The notes: generated by a model from the sequence alone, not told the origin. A stretch of DNA of 64,000 nucleotides from Myxococcota bacterium (GCA_963674735.2 CAXXQS010000001.1:1536001-1600000); one strand, 5' to 3'. Positions 1 through 10,579 are shown, numbered from the stretch's first letter. A program made the numbers and translations.

Positions 1-1077
1 CTCGTGCACTATTCGATGGACGTCAAAGCGGGCGAGAAAGTCATGCTCGAAGCGGTGGGAACCAACACTTACGGCTTGATCGAAGCATTGATCGAAGAGG
101 TTTACGCCGTCGGCGCTTTCCCCTTCTACCTGCTCCACGACGATCTTATCCGCCGCGCCCACCTCATGGGAGCGCAGCAGGAACAATACGAGCTCGAAGC
201 CTCCTGGCAGGCGGCCCGCATGAAGGAAATGGACTGCTACCTGGGCGTTCGCGGTTCGAATAACGTGCTGGAGCTTTCCGATGTTCCGAGCGAAAAGCTC
301 AAGGTGAACAGTTCCACCATCATGAAGAAAGTCCACATGGAAATCCGCGTACCCGACACCCGTTGGGTGGTGCTGCGCTACCCCAACCCGACTTTCGCCC
401 AGGCCGCCAAGATGAGCACGCGCGAATTCGAAGATTTCTTCTACAAGGCCTGCCTGCACGATTATTCCGCTATGAGCCAAGCCATGGATCCGCTGGTCGA
501 TCTGATGAAACGCACCGACAAAGTGCAGATCAAAGGACCGGGAACCGATCTGACGTTCTCCATCAAAGGCCTCAATCCCATCAAGTGCGATGGCAAGCTC
601 AACATTCCCGACGGCGAGGTATTCTCCGCACCAGTAAAAGACTCGGTTAACGGCGTCATCCACTACAACACACCGACCTTGTATGAAGGCAATTTCTTCG
701 ACGGCATCACCTTGACCTTCGAAAATGGGAAAATCGTCAAAGCCGATTGTGATGTGGGCGATGTAGCCAAGCTCAACAACATTTTCGACCGCGACGAAGG
801 CTCCCGGTATGTCGGTGAATTCGCCTTGGGTGTCAACCCACATATCCGCCGCGAAATGCTTGATATTCTGTTCGATGAGAAAATCGCCGGATCCTTCCAC
901 TTCACCCCCGGTGGCTGTTACGACGACTGCGACAATGGAAATAAATCGGAAGTACACTGGGATCTCGTCTGCCGACAGTTTGCCGAAAACGGGGGAGGCG
1001 AAATCTGGTTCGACGACGTCTTGATTCGCAAAGATGGCTTCTTCACACTCGACGAACTGAAACCGCTCAACCCTTAA
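1..1077 (+). CDS. M29 family (AmpS/AmpT-like) aminopeptidase, 5' truncated by window edge
   Basis: Frame is open from base 1. Motifs NIPDGEVF, GEFALG, LFDEKIAGSFH and HWDLV are typical of thermophilic metalloprotease M29. Confidence 0.92.
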   Translation, partial: LVHYSMDVKAGEKVMLEAVGTNTYGLIEALIEEVYAVGAFPFYLLHDDLIRRAHLMGAQQEQYELEASWQAARMKEMDCYLGVRGSNNVLELSDVPSEKLKVNSSTIMKKVHMEIRVPDTRWVVLRYPNPTFAQAAKMSTREFEDFFYKACLHDYSAMSQAMDPLVDLMKRTDKVQIKGPGTDLTFSIKGLNPIKCDGKLNIPDGEVFSAPVKDSVNGVIHYNTPTLYEGNFFDGITLTFENGKIVKADCDVGDVAKLNNIFDRDEGSRYVGEFALGVNPHIRREMLDILFDEKIAGSFHFTPGGCYDDCDNGNKSEVHWDLVCRQFAENGGGEIWFDDVLIRKDGFFTLDELKPLNP

Positions 1078-1089
1078 GCACACAAAATA

Positions 1090-1120
1090 CGGGGCGGCGT
1101 TTCGCGCCGTCCCGCTTTTT
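1090..1120 (+). terminator. Rho-independent terminator-like hairpin
   Basis: cggggcggcg-tttcg-cgccgtcccg followed by a T run, just after the aminopeptidase stop. Confidence 0.6.
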
Positions 1121-1132
1121 CGACGGCAGGAT

Positions 1133-2614
1133 ATGACTCGCGAAATCGCCCTAAATCTCGCGTTGGACGGCTGGATCACCCGCTGGCAAATGGAAAACGC
1201 CTTGCAGGCGCAGATCATTTATCAAGGCAGTCTGATTACCAGCCTCATCAAGCTCGGATACATCTCCGAAGAACGCATGCTGGGCTATTACTCGCGCTTC
1301 AGCAACATTCCGATCATCCGTGAAGATCTTTTCGAAAATGTTCCCCTATCCATTTTGAATCTGGTCACCAAAGACCTGGTTTACAAATGGCGGATTCTTC
1401 CTGTCGGCAAACGGGACGACCATCTGATCGTCGCCATGTGCGAACCTCCCCGAGCCGAGCGATTGGAACAGATTCGGATCATCACCGGCCTACCGGTTCA
1501 AGCCGTTCTCACCACGGAACGTTTTCTTGTCAAAATGATCCGGCACTATTACGCCATCACCTCCCCCAGCATTCTTTTAGCCGACCTTCCCAGTGTCGAG
1601 CTTCACGTGCCCACGGAAGAGGAAGCGCCGGTGGATCAACCTTCGGCGGAGGCGGAAGGACTCGAAGCAAGCGTCGCAGCTGAATCCGACAAGGAAGCCG
1701 AGGCCGAGTTTACGGCATCGATGGAAAATGCCCGTGTCGATCTCGACCAACCGTTCGACAATGAAGAAAGCGTAGCGGACGCACTCGACCGACAGATTAA
1801 GCAAACGGAAATCTCATCCACGACCCCTTCAGCCGTATCTTCCGAAATCGAAGCTGAGCCGCAACAAGCCGAATCGGCAGACAAATCCGAAAGTGAATTG
1901 GATACCGACTCTTCCCAAGAATCCTTGGAGACGACCCCCGAAGACTCAGACGAACCGGACACATCCGAGGACTTCGATGCCGTAGCCACCATCGGAGCCA
2001 TTCCCGACGAAGACACTGAAACAGTCGAGGACGCCCAACCACCACTCGATGATGAGCCGTTTGTCGAGGAGGACGTCGATCAAACGGAAGAACGCGAACC
2101 CGAATCGCCGGACTTTCCAACCCGTTTACTCGATCTGGAAGAAGTCCTCCTGTTGGCGGATTCACGCGACGACATCATCATGGGATCCTGCGAATGGGTT
2201 AAAAACTACTTTTCCGTATCCCTCTTCTTCACCATCAAAAAATCTCAGGCCGTCGGTTTCCATGCAGAAGGCGGCCAACGGACTCCCGCCGAGATCAAAG
2301 AGTTGGAGGTTTCTCTCAATCTGGCTTCGTCTTGCCAAACGGCCATTCAGGAACGGCGGGCCCTTTATCAAAAATGGGAAGACGATACGGCCCTGGGACA
2401 TATCGCCGGTTTCTGCGGGTTGACCTTGCCCCTTTCAGCGATGGTGTCTCCCATTATCTTGAAGGGTAAACCCGTTGGCTTGCTGATCGGTCTCGACCCG
2501 ATTTTCGAAGGCGATGAGGCAGATTTCCCCAATGAGAACGACTGGCAGCAGGTGAAAGACACCGTATCGGCTGCTTTCGAATCCTTTATCCTCAACAAAA
2601 AGCTCGGGGTGTAA
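1133..2614 (+). CDS. MshEN/GspE N-terminal domain protein with acidic linker and GAF-like C-terminus (no ATPase domain)
   Basis: N-terminus GWITRWQMENALQAQ...LIKLGYISEE and ILPVGKRDDHLIVAMCEP match GSPII_N. Long D/E-rich linker; C-terminal PIILKGKPVGLL resembles GAF. Confidence 0.7.
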   Translation: MTREIALNLALDGWITRWQMENALQAQIIYQGSLITSLIKLGYISEERMLGYYSRFSNIPIIREDLFENVPLSILNLVTKDLVYKWRILPVGKRDDHLIVAMCEPPRAERLEQIRIITGLPVQAVLTTERFLVKMIRHYYAITSPSILLADLPSVELHVPTEEEAPVDQPSAEAEGLEASVAAESDKEAEAEFTASMENARVDLDQPFDNEESVADALDRQIKQTEISSTTPSAVSSEIEAEPQQAESADKSESELDTDSSQESLETTPEDSDEPDTSEDFDAVATIGAIPDEDTETVEDAQPPLDDEPFVEEDVDQTEEREPESPDFPTRLLDLEEVLLLADSRDDIIMGSCEWVKNYFSVSLFFTIKKSQAVGFHAEGGQRTPAEIKELEVSLNLASSCQTAIQERRALYQKWEDDTALGHIAGFCGLTLPLSAMVSPIILKGKPVGLLIGLDPIFEGDEADFPNENDWQQVKDTVSAAFESFILNKKLGV

Positions 2615-2736
2615 ACAACACGAAATCGCGTTGAGCCCCTTGATTAAGCGCAACGCCCCAGATAAAGATCGGCGTGGGTCGGTCGGTGGTTTTATCTGTT
2701 TAGGGATGGGTTGGCATCGGGCACACAATTTACGGT

Positions 2737-3429
2737 TTATAGTTGCCCGCGCTCGACGTAGGCGCGGGTGCGATTCCCGCCGTTACGACGCGCCTCCTGC
2801 ATCGCCGCTTCAGCTTTGCGCACCATGCGATCGACGTTGTCTTCTCCATCCAGTTCCGCAATCCCGATGGAAAACCCCAGTTCACCACCGAACTGATTGA
2901 AAAACCGCTCCCGCAGCCGCTCGGCGACGACACGCGCCTGTGACCTGTCGGTTTCAGGAAAAATCAGCGCGAATTCGTCATTGCCGAAGCGAAAGCCCGA
3001 ATCATAGCTGCGGGTGGAATCTTTGATCAGTTGGCCTGCGTAAGCCAGAACACGGTTTCCGGCCTTGAGTCCGTGCACTTGGTTGTATCGCTGGAAATAA
3101 TCGACATCCAGATAAACGGCGGACAACGGGTGGTTACGACGACGACTGCGCTCGATTTCCGCTTCCAGCATTTTGAAAAAATGCGACGAATTGAACAGCA
3201 TCGAAAAGCCGTCGGTGATGCTGGCTTTCAAAATCTCTTGCCGATGGACACGTTCCGCCAAAGCCCAGAACTGCAGCAACAAGGCAAAGAACAATCCCAC
3301 GAGTACGTATTGAATCCAGTTGTCGCCGATCAGTCGTCCTTGTTTCAGCTCAACGCCGCACACCACATACATCACGCCGAACACAAACAACAACAACCAC
3401 AGCGCTTTTTTGAGTCTACCACCCATCAT
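2737..3429 (-). CDS. Membrane-anchored GGDEF-domain protein, degenerate active site (GNDEF)
   Basis: Two N-terminal hydrophobic helices; LDVDYFQRYNQVHG, RSYD..RFGNDEF, FSIGIA. Confidence 0.85.
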   Translation of the reverse strand: MMGGRLKKALWLLLFVFGVMYVVCGVELKQGRLIGDNWIQYVLVGLFFALLLQFWALAERVHRQEILKASITDGFSMLFNSSHFFKMLEAEIERSRRRNHPLSAVYLDVDYFQRYNQVHGLKAGNRVLAYAGQLIKDSTRSYDSGFRFGNDEFALIFPETDRSQARVVAERLRERFFNQFGGELGFSIGIAELDGEDNVDRMVRKAEAAMQEARRNGGNRTRAYVERGQL

Positions 3430-3465
3430 GGCACGCCCCCTTGCACCGATGCGCGGCGATGGAGA

Positions 3466-4377
3466 TCAGGATAACTCCCATCCCGTAACACGCTTGAATT
3501 CGTCCACACGTCCCCCTAATTCGGGATGCGTCAATCTTGCAAGCCGTTCGACCGAAAAAGCCTCGACCGTGTAGCTTGCCGTTACGGTTCCCATCACCAC
3601 TGCACGTTTGATTTCTTCAAACGATATTGTATCACATCCGGCGAGATATCCCATCAATCCACCGGCAAAACTATCCCCCGCCCCCGTGGGATCGACAACC
3701 CGAGTAATCGGATAGGCCGGCAAAAGGAAGGTTTCGTTTCGGCTGTAGAGTGCACAGCCGAACTCGCCCCGCTTGATGATCAGATATTCCGGTCCCATAT
3801 CGAGAATTTTCTGTGCCGCCACATGAATATTGCGGTCGCCGGTCAACAGATAGGATTCCTCGTCGTTGATCAGCAGCAATTGCACGCGCTTGAGCACCTG
3901 CATCAGATCGTCCCGCATGGTCTCGATCCATAGATTCATGGTGTCGCATGCCACGAACCGGGCGGCTTGCGCTTGATCGAGAACTTGACTCTGCAATTTC
4001 GGAAGAGCGTTGGCCAGAAAGATCACCGGCGTATTCCGATAGTCCCCGTTCAGCTTAGGCGAAAACTTCTCGAAAACATTCAGCTGGGTATCCAAGGTCG
4101 TCCGCTCGGTAAAGTCGGGGGAGTAGCGCCCTTCCCAGAAGAAGGTTTTTTCTCCCGGCATCCGCTCGATGCCGCGTATATCGATTCGCTCGGGAGCGAA
4201 GGTCGCCAGCTGTTCATCGCCGAAGTCCTCCCCGACAACTGCGACGATGCGCACATCGGTAAAGCCCGAAGCCGCCAGGCTGAAATACGTGGCCGACCCA
4301 CCCAGAATCCGTTCGCGGCTCGCATCGGCCGTATGGACGGTATCGTAGGCAACGGTTCCAACTACCAAAACACTCAT
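3466..4377 (-). CDS. PfkB family carbohydrate/nucleoside kinase
   Basis: LGGSATY N-terminal motif and VDPTGAGDSFAGG C-terminal PfkB signature. ATG at 4377, 4 nt after the mtnP stop. Confidence 0.9.
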   Translation of the reverse strand: MSVLVVGTVAYDTVHTADASRERILGGSATYFSLAASGFTDVRIVAVVGEDFGDEQLATFAPERIDIRGIERMPGEKTFFWEGRYSPDFTERTTLDTQLNVFEKFSPKLNGDYRNTPVIFLANALPKLQSQVLDQAQAARFVACDTMNLWIETMRDDLMQVLKRVQLLLINDEESYLLTGDRNIHVAAQKILDMGPEYLIIKRGEFGCALYSRNETFLLPAYPITRVVDPTGAGDSFAGGLMGYLAGCDTISFEEIKRAVVMGTVTASYTVEAFSVERLARLTHPELGGRVDEFKRVTGWELS

Positions 4378-4381
4378 GGCG

Positions 4382-5251
4382 TTACTCCTTCCAGAAACGG
4401 CCGGCAATCACGTCGAGACGCTCTTTGTCGGTGTCGCCGATCATGGCCGGATCGGTAAGGATGGCACCCTGCAAGGCGCAGGCACAGGCGCAGGTTCGCT
4501 CGCCGGTTTCCAGTTTATCCACGGCGCGGCGCAGGACTTCCTGGGCGACCGCGACATTCTGGGAGAACGTTTCGACGATTTTCTCGGCGCTGAAAGCTTC
4601 TTCGCTTTCGTGCCAACAATCGTAATCCGTGATCATGGCGATGGTGGCGTAGCAAATTTCCGCTTCGCGCGCCAATTTGGCTTCGGTCAGGTTGGTCATA
4701 CCGATGACGTCCGCTCCCCACGAGCGATAAAGATGGGATTCGGCTTTGGTTGAAAGCTGCGGGCCTTCGATGCACAGGTAGCTGCCACCCTTGTGAGCGT
4801 TTTCGGTAACGCCTTTTGCCGCCTCGTACAGAACGTCCGTCAAGGTGCTGCAAATCGGTTCGGCAAACAAGATATGAGCACAGACGCCCGCGTCGAAAAA
4901 GGTGGCCTGGCGCTGGCGGGTACGATCGATAAACTGATCCACCGCGACGATATGTCCCGGATGATACTCTTCTTTCAGGCTACCCACCGCCGACACCGAG
5001 AAAATCCATTCGACACCGAGGCTTTTCATTCCGTAAATATTGGCCCGATAATTGACTTTCGGGGCGGTGACGACATGACCACGGCCATGGCGCGGCAAAA
5101 AAACGACCGGTTTCCCGAACAGTTCGCCCAAAACGTATTCGTCGGAGGGATCGCCGAATGGGGTGCTAAGTCGTTTACGCTCTTGAACCTTGAATCCTTC
5201 CATCTGGTAGAGGCCGCTTCCACCGATGATTCCGATACGTCGCTCACTCAT
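4382..5251 (-). CDS. mtnP: S-methyl-5'-thioadenosine phosphorylase
   Basis: IGIIGGSGLY, LPRHGRGH, NYRANI, SAVGSL, EGPQLST.AES, IGMT and TDYDCW motifs. GGAG RBS before ATG 5251. Confidence 0.93.
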   Translation of the reverse strand: MSERRIGIIGGSGLYQMEGFKVQERKRLSTPFGDPSDEYVLGELFGKPVVFLPRHGRGHVVTAPKVNYRANIYGMKSLGVEWIFSVSAVGSLKEEYHPGHIVAVDQFIDRTRQRQATFFDAGVCAHILFAEPICSTLTDVLYEAAKGVTENAHKGGSYLCIEGPQLSTKAESHLYRSWGADVIGMTNLTEAKLAREAEICYATIAMITDYDCWHESEEAFSAEKIVETFSQNVAVAQEVLRRAVDKLETGERTCACACALQGAILTDPAMIGDTDKERLDVIAGRFWKE

Positions 5252-5307
5252 GAACACTCCTCCTGCACGATCCGTTAGTTTCAAATCAATTGAATATCGC
5301 TGAAGAT

Positions 5308-8300
5308 TTACCTTATTTCGCCGTCCCTATCAAGGGAATTCCGCAACTCGGGGAAACAGGTTCCCGCATACCGACACCCCTCGTATCGACACGCCTCGGC
5401 CGTCTGTCCCGCCACTTTCGCCAGGGGCGCTTTTTCCAGTTCCACCGCCCGATTCACCAGCACATCCAGTTCGGCCAGAAAGGCATCGAGACTCGCAGCA
5501 TCCACGGCAACGTCTTTCCAAGCCGTCGTTTCCGGGAGATAGGCCAACCCGGCATGTCGCAGGGTATCGGGCGTATCGAAAGACTGCCGCAACACGGCGG
5601 CATAGATTTTCAGTTGGAAGGCATGCCGTTCATGCTTTCTTTCATTGAAACGCGCCATTTTGTAGTCTACCAAATCGAGGCGACCCTTGGTCGTCAGCTT
5701 CAACGCATCCAGACGCCCCTTCAATCGAACCGTCCGCCCCGAAGGCAAACGCAATTCGGATAAAAACGGCAGTTCTCGCCAAACTCGGTCATCCGGTTGC
5801 TTCGCCTGCGGAAAAGCTCCCGCTCGTTCGATCTGCTCCCCCGCCGCTTTCAGGCGCGGGTCTTCCGGATCGAGTCCGCGTGCTACGACGAAGCCGCGCC
5901 AAGCGGCTTGGTCCACCGGGATATCGAGATCATGATGCTCGAAGAAAGCATGGACCAGCGTCCCGAGTCCACGGCCGCTTTCAGGAACATCGCCCTCTTC
6001 CTCGTCGTCATCCTCGCCCGCTTCCATCCAAAGCAGCGTGCTGCGGTCGAGCAATCGTCGTAACTGAAAACGCCGTTCGCATTGCAGCAGTTCCGTCAAC
6101 TGAGTAACCCCGTAAGTCCCGACTAGATCGGGTTTATGTTCCATTGGTTGAGAACGCTGCCACTCTTCCAAAAGGTCATCGAGGGACACATCGTCGAACC
6201 CATCGAGTACGGATTCCTTCACTTCGACCGCTCGTTCATCCTCGTCCGCCGCTTCTCCGACGCTCGGTTCCGGGATTTCCCAGCCGTTTCGCTGCCAGAA
6301 AGCGACAATCGTATCGAACCAACTCCAGCCGGACGGATCTTTATCCAGCTTGTCGAGGTTCAGCTCGCCCGCCAGAATCAGGTGATGCTTGGCGCGCGTC
6401 ATGGCCACATACAGCAGCCGCTGGCGCTCGGCCAGCTCCTGAGCGGTATCGATTTCCTTGTTTTCCAGATAGCTCAGCGTGTCGTGGGCGGTTTGTTCCG
6501 AAGGCAGCACGAATTTCATTCCCAGCGTGTTCTGGTCGGTAACGAAAACGCTACCCAACCTGTGATGGGATCGATGAGAGAGATCCGGCAGCACAACCAC
6601 CGGGAATTCCAGGCCCTTCGCCTGGTGAATCGTCATGATGGTCACGGCCCGCCCGCCGACGGCCGGCGCTTCCGGCTCGCGGATACCCAGACGGCGGATA
6701 TCGTCGATGCGCCGCAAAAACGCTTCAGGTCCAAAGCCCTGCTCGGCTCGTTCCCAGATGCGAGTTTGTTCGACCAGCTTATGCCGATTGGCCTGCATAC
6801 GAAGTCCGGCCGGATCGAGACCATCCACGGTATCGAGATCCAGTCTCTCGATCAGTTCTTCCAGAAGCTCGGATACCGGTAGAATGGACATTCGGCGCCG
6901 AAGCGAGTCGATCGCGGTAATGGCGTGTTTCAAGCGCGCGTGCACCGAATCATCGAGCTTCAGTCCGGCCATGATAGGTTTCCAGCCATACTCCGTAAAC
7001 GTTTCCGGCAACCAGCGTCGATCCGGGATGGATAGCAGTTCGGGCAAAACCGGGTCGGGCATCAATACCGCGGGGCTGCGCAAAAAAGCCAGCCGCGCCA
7101 GCGGGTTGAGGGGACGGATCAAAAAGCGAACCAAGTTGATCAGATCGCGCACTTCCAGGCGTTCGTATAGACCCGAACTCTGGGTCAACACATACGGAAT
7201 CCCCGCCTGCCGAAACGCTTCTTCGTAAATCCCCGCATGCGTCATCCGCCGCAACAAGAGCGCGATATCGTCGAAACGAAGGATCCGCCCGCCTTCTGAA
7301 TCCGGAATACGGAGCCCCTGTTCCGGATGCACGATCTCCAACAACCGTTCGGCGACGTTGGCCGCTTCGATCTGCCGTTTTTCGGTCTCACTGCCATCCG
7401 AACATCCGACAATCAGATCGACGGGGAGGGCCCGTTTTCCAGCACCCGTTTCGCCCTCGTCCGTTGTCTGCCATCCGGGCAACAGGTTGTCGTCGGGTTC
7501 GTAATCGACACTAAAGGAGTGTCCGCCGCCAACTGCCATGGCGGAGGTGAAAAACGCGTTGAAAAACTCCAACAATTCGGGGCTCGACCTGAAATTATCG
7601 GCAAAATGCAGCCGTCGTCCTTGGGTTTTCTCGCCCACCCACTGCTTTTCCAATTCGCGGAACACGCTCACATCGGCCCCGCGAAAGCGGTAAATAGACT
7701 GCTTGCGGTCGCCGACGAATAAGAATCGTGTCGGCGGTCGACCCATGGCCGCCGCTTCTTCCGGGTTCAGCCTCAAGGTGTCGAGCAGTTTTTTCTGCGT
7801 ACGGTTGGTATCCTGAAATTCGTCCACCAGAATCACTCGGAATTGTCCGCTCAATTCCTTACGGACGTCCGGGCGATCGCGCAATAGGCCGATGGTCAGG
7901 TGTTGCAGATCATCGAAATCGAGGCGATTGGCTTCGCGTTTGGTCAGACGATATCGTTCTCCAGCCTCCTCGGCCAAGCGCATGAGCGCAGCTCGGTCGG
8001 GAATGGTGTGCAAGTCGAAATATGCCGCTTCCAGCCGCTTAAGCTGTTCCTTCAATTCGACCACAAGTTCACGAAACTCAACCTGCTTGGGTCCGGCTCT
8101 TAGGGCTTTGACCTGCTCCCACCACTCCCGAAAAATCGAGGTTCCCTCTTCAGGCGTAACCGTATCGTCGGGACAGCCCTTGGGGTTCTCGTGATGCCAC
8201 GTGACAAGCCGCTCGACATTTCGATGCATCGCCTCGCTGGCATCGGGACTTGTAACCAGACTTCTCAGTTGCGCCAGCAGTTCGGCGTAGTAACGCTCGA

Positions 8301-8907
8301 TGTTTCGCAAAATCGTCAAAATCCGGTCGTGTTCGGCGGTTTCATCCAGCAAGGCAATCGCCGTCCCGTGTCGCGATCGTATAAGGTGCCCGACGTGCTT
8401 TTGAAGCTCCGAAAAGCGCCGTCCGCGCAACAGACGCAGCAGATCCTCATCGTCGCGTTCGAGCCTTCCACGCAGCCCTTCGAGCACCGCGCAGTCGAGC
8501 AATCGCGCCGCCTCCAGGTCTTCGGCTACCCCGAAATCGGGGGCTAAACCGGCCTCGAAGGCGTAGCTGCGCAACGTGCGAGTACAAAACGCATGAAACG
8601 TGTGGATGTAAGCATCCTGTAAAACATCGTCAAGCCCTTGTCCACCGCCTGCGCCGCGCCTTTCAAGCAATCCCCGCGAGACGCGCTCGCGCATTTCACG
8701 GGCGGCTTTCTTTGTGAACGTGATCGCCAGAATGTTTTCCACCCCGACATCGTCGCCCAAGGCGGTACGCCCCTCCAGAATGCGCAGAAACAGTTCCACC
8801 AACGCCGTTGTTTTGCCCGTCCCGGCGGAGGCCGAAACCAACACATCGCTTTCGAAGCGAAACAGGCTTTCTTTTTCCGTCGACCAGTTGAAAGGCAATG
8901 GGGTCAT
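5308..8907 (-). CDS. AddA/AdnB-like UvrD helicase fused to PD-(D/E)xK nuclease
   Basis: ASAGTGKT, DEFQDTN, GDRKQSIYRFRGAD, TIHQAKGLEF, LYVAMTRAK; nuclease motifs GRLD..VDYK..QLKIYA; C-terminal Cys cluster. Confidence 0.88.
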   Translation of the reverse strand: MTPLPFNWSTEKESLFRFESDVLVSASAGTGKTTALVELFLRILEGRTALGDDVGVENILAITFTKKAAREMRERVSRGLLERRGAGGGQGLDDVLQDAYIHTFHAFCTRTLRSYAFEAGLAPDFGVAEDLEAARLLDCAVLEGLRGRLERDDEDLLRLLRGRRFSELQKHVGHLIRSRHGTAIALLDETAEHDRILTILRNIERYYAELLAQLRSLVTSPDASEAMHRNVERLVTWHHENPKGCPDDTVTPEEGTSIFREWWEQVKALRAGPKQVEFRELVVELKEQLKRLEAAYFDLHTIPDRAALMRLAEEAGERYRLTKREANRLDFDDLQHLTIGLLRDRPDVRKELSGQFRVILVDEFQDTNRTQKKLLDTLRLNPEEAAAMGRPPTRFLFVGDRKQSIYRFRGADVSVFRELEKQWVGEKTQGRRLHFADNFRSSPELLEFFNAFFTSAMAVGGGHSFSVDYEPDDNLLPGWQTTDEGETGAGKRALPVDLIVGCSDGSETEKRQIEAANVAERLLEIVHPEQGLRIPDSEGGRILRFDDIALLLRRMTHAGIYEEAFRQAGIPYVLTQSSGLYERLEVRDLINLVRFLIRPLNPLARLAFLRSPAVLMPDPVLPELLSIPDRRWLPETFTEYGWKPIMAGLKLDDSVHARLKHAITAIDSLRRRMSILPVSELLEELIERLDLDTVDGLDPAGLRMQANRHKLVEQTRIWERAEQGFGPEAFLRRIDDIRRLGIREPEAPAVGGRAVTIMTIHQAKGLEFPVVVLPDLSHRSHHRLGSVFVTDQNTLGMKFVLPSEQTAHDTLSYLENKEIDTAQELAERQRLLYVAMTRAKHHLILAGELNLDKLDKDPSGWSWFDTIVAFWQRNGWEIPEPSVGEAADEDERAVEVKESVLDGFDDVSLDDLLEEWQRSQPMEHKPDLVGTYGVTQLTELLQCERRFQLRRLLDRSTLLWMEAGEDDDEEEGDVPESGRGLGTLVHAFFEHHDLDIPVDQAAWRGFVVARGLDPEDPRLKAAGEQIERAGAFPQAKQPDDRVWRELPFLSELRLPSGRTVRLKGRLDALKLTTKGRLDLVDYKMARFNERKHERHAFQLKIYAAVLRQSFDTPDTLRHAGLAYLPETTAWKDVAVDAASLDAFLAELDVLVNRAVELEKAPLAKVAGQTAEACRYEGCRYAGTCFPELRNSLDRDGEIR

Positions 8908-8950
8908 CCTTACGAAATCGCTATCGTTCGTTCACCAACGCCACCCGTCA

Positions 8951-8985
8951 AAGAAAAAAGGCCCGGATCCATCGACCCGGGCCCT
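8951..8985 (-). terminator. Rho-independent terminator after MXAN_5187-like gene
   Basis: Minus strand ggcccggg...tccgggcc stem followed by TTTTTTCTTT. Confidence 0.65.
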
Positions 8986-9004
8986 TGATTCCGCTACGTG
9001 GGCA

Positions 9005-10441
9005 TCAATCCCATTCAGGTGTCGGCTTCAAGGTCACTTTGCCGTTGGCGATCCGGACGCTGAAATAGACACGCTTGCAGTTGTGTTTGTTGATCAGACG
9101 CTGCTCGGTGCGTTGTAACTTAGCGATAAAGCGCTCTTTGGTTATTTGGGAAACATCCTCACCGGCATCCTGTTTGGCGGCGATAAAATCGGCCAGCAGT
9201 TTGTCGAAATAGGCATCTCCCGTTTCGGCCGGCGGCGTAACCTCGAAACTCGCCTCATCTTCCACCGACTCGATGATCATGCGGTCCCGAATGCCTTTTG
9301 CCTTGCCGCTGTCGAGCGAACCGCGAAGCGTCAGGCTGGCCGCTTCCTCTTCGTCTTCGGGGATGTACTTCCCGAGCAGGATGGCGATAGCCAGGTTGAG
9401 GGTTTGTCCAAGCTGGTTGAGGTAATCGTCGTCAGACGCCCATTGATAGTCTTTGTTGCCGACGATGATCTGATGCGCCCCTTCCAGAATGAAATCGATG
9501 GCTTCATACGCGCGCTGAATAATCAAGAACGCGCCGGAAACACACAGCAGCATCAGCAGCAGAGAGAACAGCATCAGGAAATTGCGGCTGCCCACGAATT
9601 CATCGAGCCAAGCGGTTTCGCTACGCAGGATCGTGAATCCCAACAGGCCCTGTTCCTGCATCGAGGTCATGGGCGACAGCACCAGCACGTAGGTTTCGTC
9701 ACCGAGTTGCACACGATCTTCGAAGTATTCGTTTTTACTAAGCAATACCCGGGCAATCCGCCCGCCATTTGACATGACGTACGAATTGAGCGCCGCCTGC
9801 TTGCCGCTGGTCAAGGTGGAGGCGATCACACGACTTTGCGAGAAGAAAGCGAAGTCTCCGAACACCACGCTCTGTTCCTGCTTGACGAGGTCATCATCAA
9901 CGGTATTGGCCATCAACAGAGCGCCGATCACCTGTCCACCGCTACGAATCGGGCAAAGATCCACAATCATGATCTTGCCGTCCAGCAACCAGATATCCTC
10001 GACGGTTTCCCCTTTCAAAGCCGCCTTGACGGCCTTGTCATCGCCAAAAGAATTGTTTTTCTGACCCGCCACCTGCGTACGCGCCTGCTCGACCCCTTCG
10101 GTGTCGAGGACGATAAACAGATCGCCATAATAGCGCAGACGAGAAATAACCTCGAGCTTTTCAAAAAGCTTGAAATGGCGCTCCTCGATCTCCTCAGGAG
10201 TCGTACTCGGCATCATCAAGGCCGAAACGATATCGTTTTCCTCGGCAAACTTCGAAACGATCTCCTGCCGTTCCACGCGCGTCACCACCTGAGCCTTGTT
10301 GTAGACCCGGTAACTGTGAATCAGGCTATGTTCAAGCTTGGAAATGGAATCCTGTTCCAGATTGCCGATAACGTAGAAATTGATTAACAGCGCGAAAAGA
10401 AGCAGGACACCGAAAATCAGTAACCCCAGTTTTAAGCGCAT
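9005..10441 (-). CDS. Membrane sensor-like protein (Cache-like periplasmic domain, 2 TM) with MXAN_5187-type C-terminal domain
   Basis: Two TM helices flank a periplasmic domain. C-terminus FIAAKQ..GE...ITKERFIAKL...KHNCKRVYFSV...GKVTLKP resembles the myxobacterial MXAN_5187 C-terminal domain (from memory). Confidence 0.65.
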   Translation of the reverse strand: MRLKLGLLIFGVLLLFALLINFYVIGNLEQDSISKLEHSLIHSYRVYNKAQVVTRVERQEIVSKFAEENDIVSALMMPSTTPEEIEERHFKLFEKLEVISRLRYYGDLFIVLDTEGVEQARTQVAGQKNNSFGDDKAVKAALKGETVEDIWLLDGKIMIVDLCPIRSGGQVIGALLMANTVDDDLVKQEQSVVFGDFAFFSQSRVIASTLTSGKQAALNSYVMSNGGRIARVLLSKNEYFEDRVQLGDETYVLVLSPMTSMQEQGLLGFTILRSETAWLDEFVGSRNFLMLFSLLLMLLCVSGAFLIIQRAYEAIDFILEGAHQIIVGNKDYQWASDDDYLNQLGQTLNLAIAILLGKYIPEDEEEAASLTLRGSLDSGKAKGIRDRMIIESVEDEASFEVTPPAETGDAYFDKLLADFIAAKQDAGEDVSQITKERFIAKLQRTEQRLINKHNCKRVYFSVRIANGKVTLKPTPEWD

Positions 10442-10579
10442 GGCCGCCCCTATTTGTTTCTTGAATGGTCCTGAGTTCCCTAAAACCCACCTACGATTGG
10501 GGATGGAATATATCCTGCCCGCCCAAATAAGTCAATCATTTTCTTGACTTTTGCCCGATAGCGTGTTCTCCGTCAAGGC

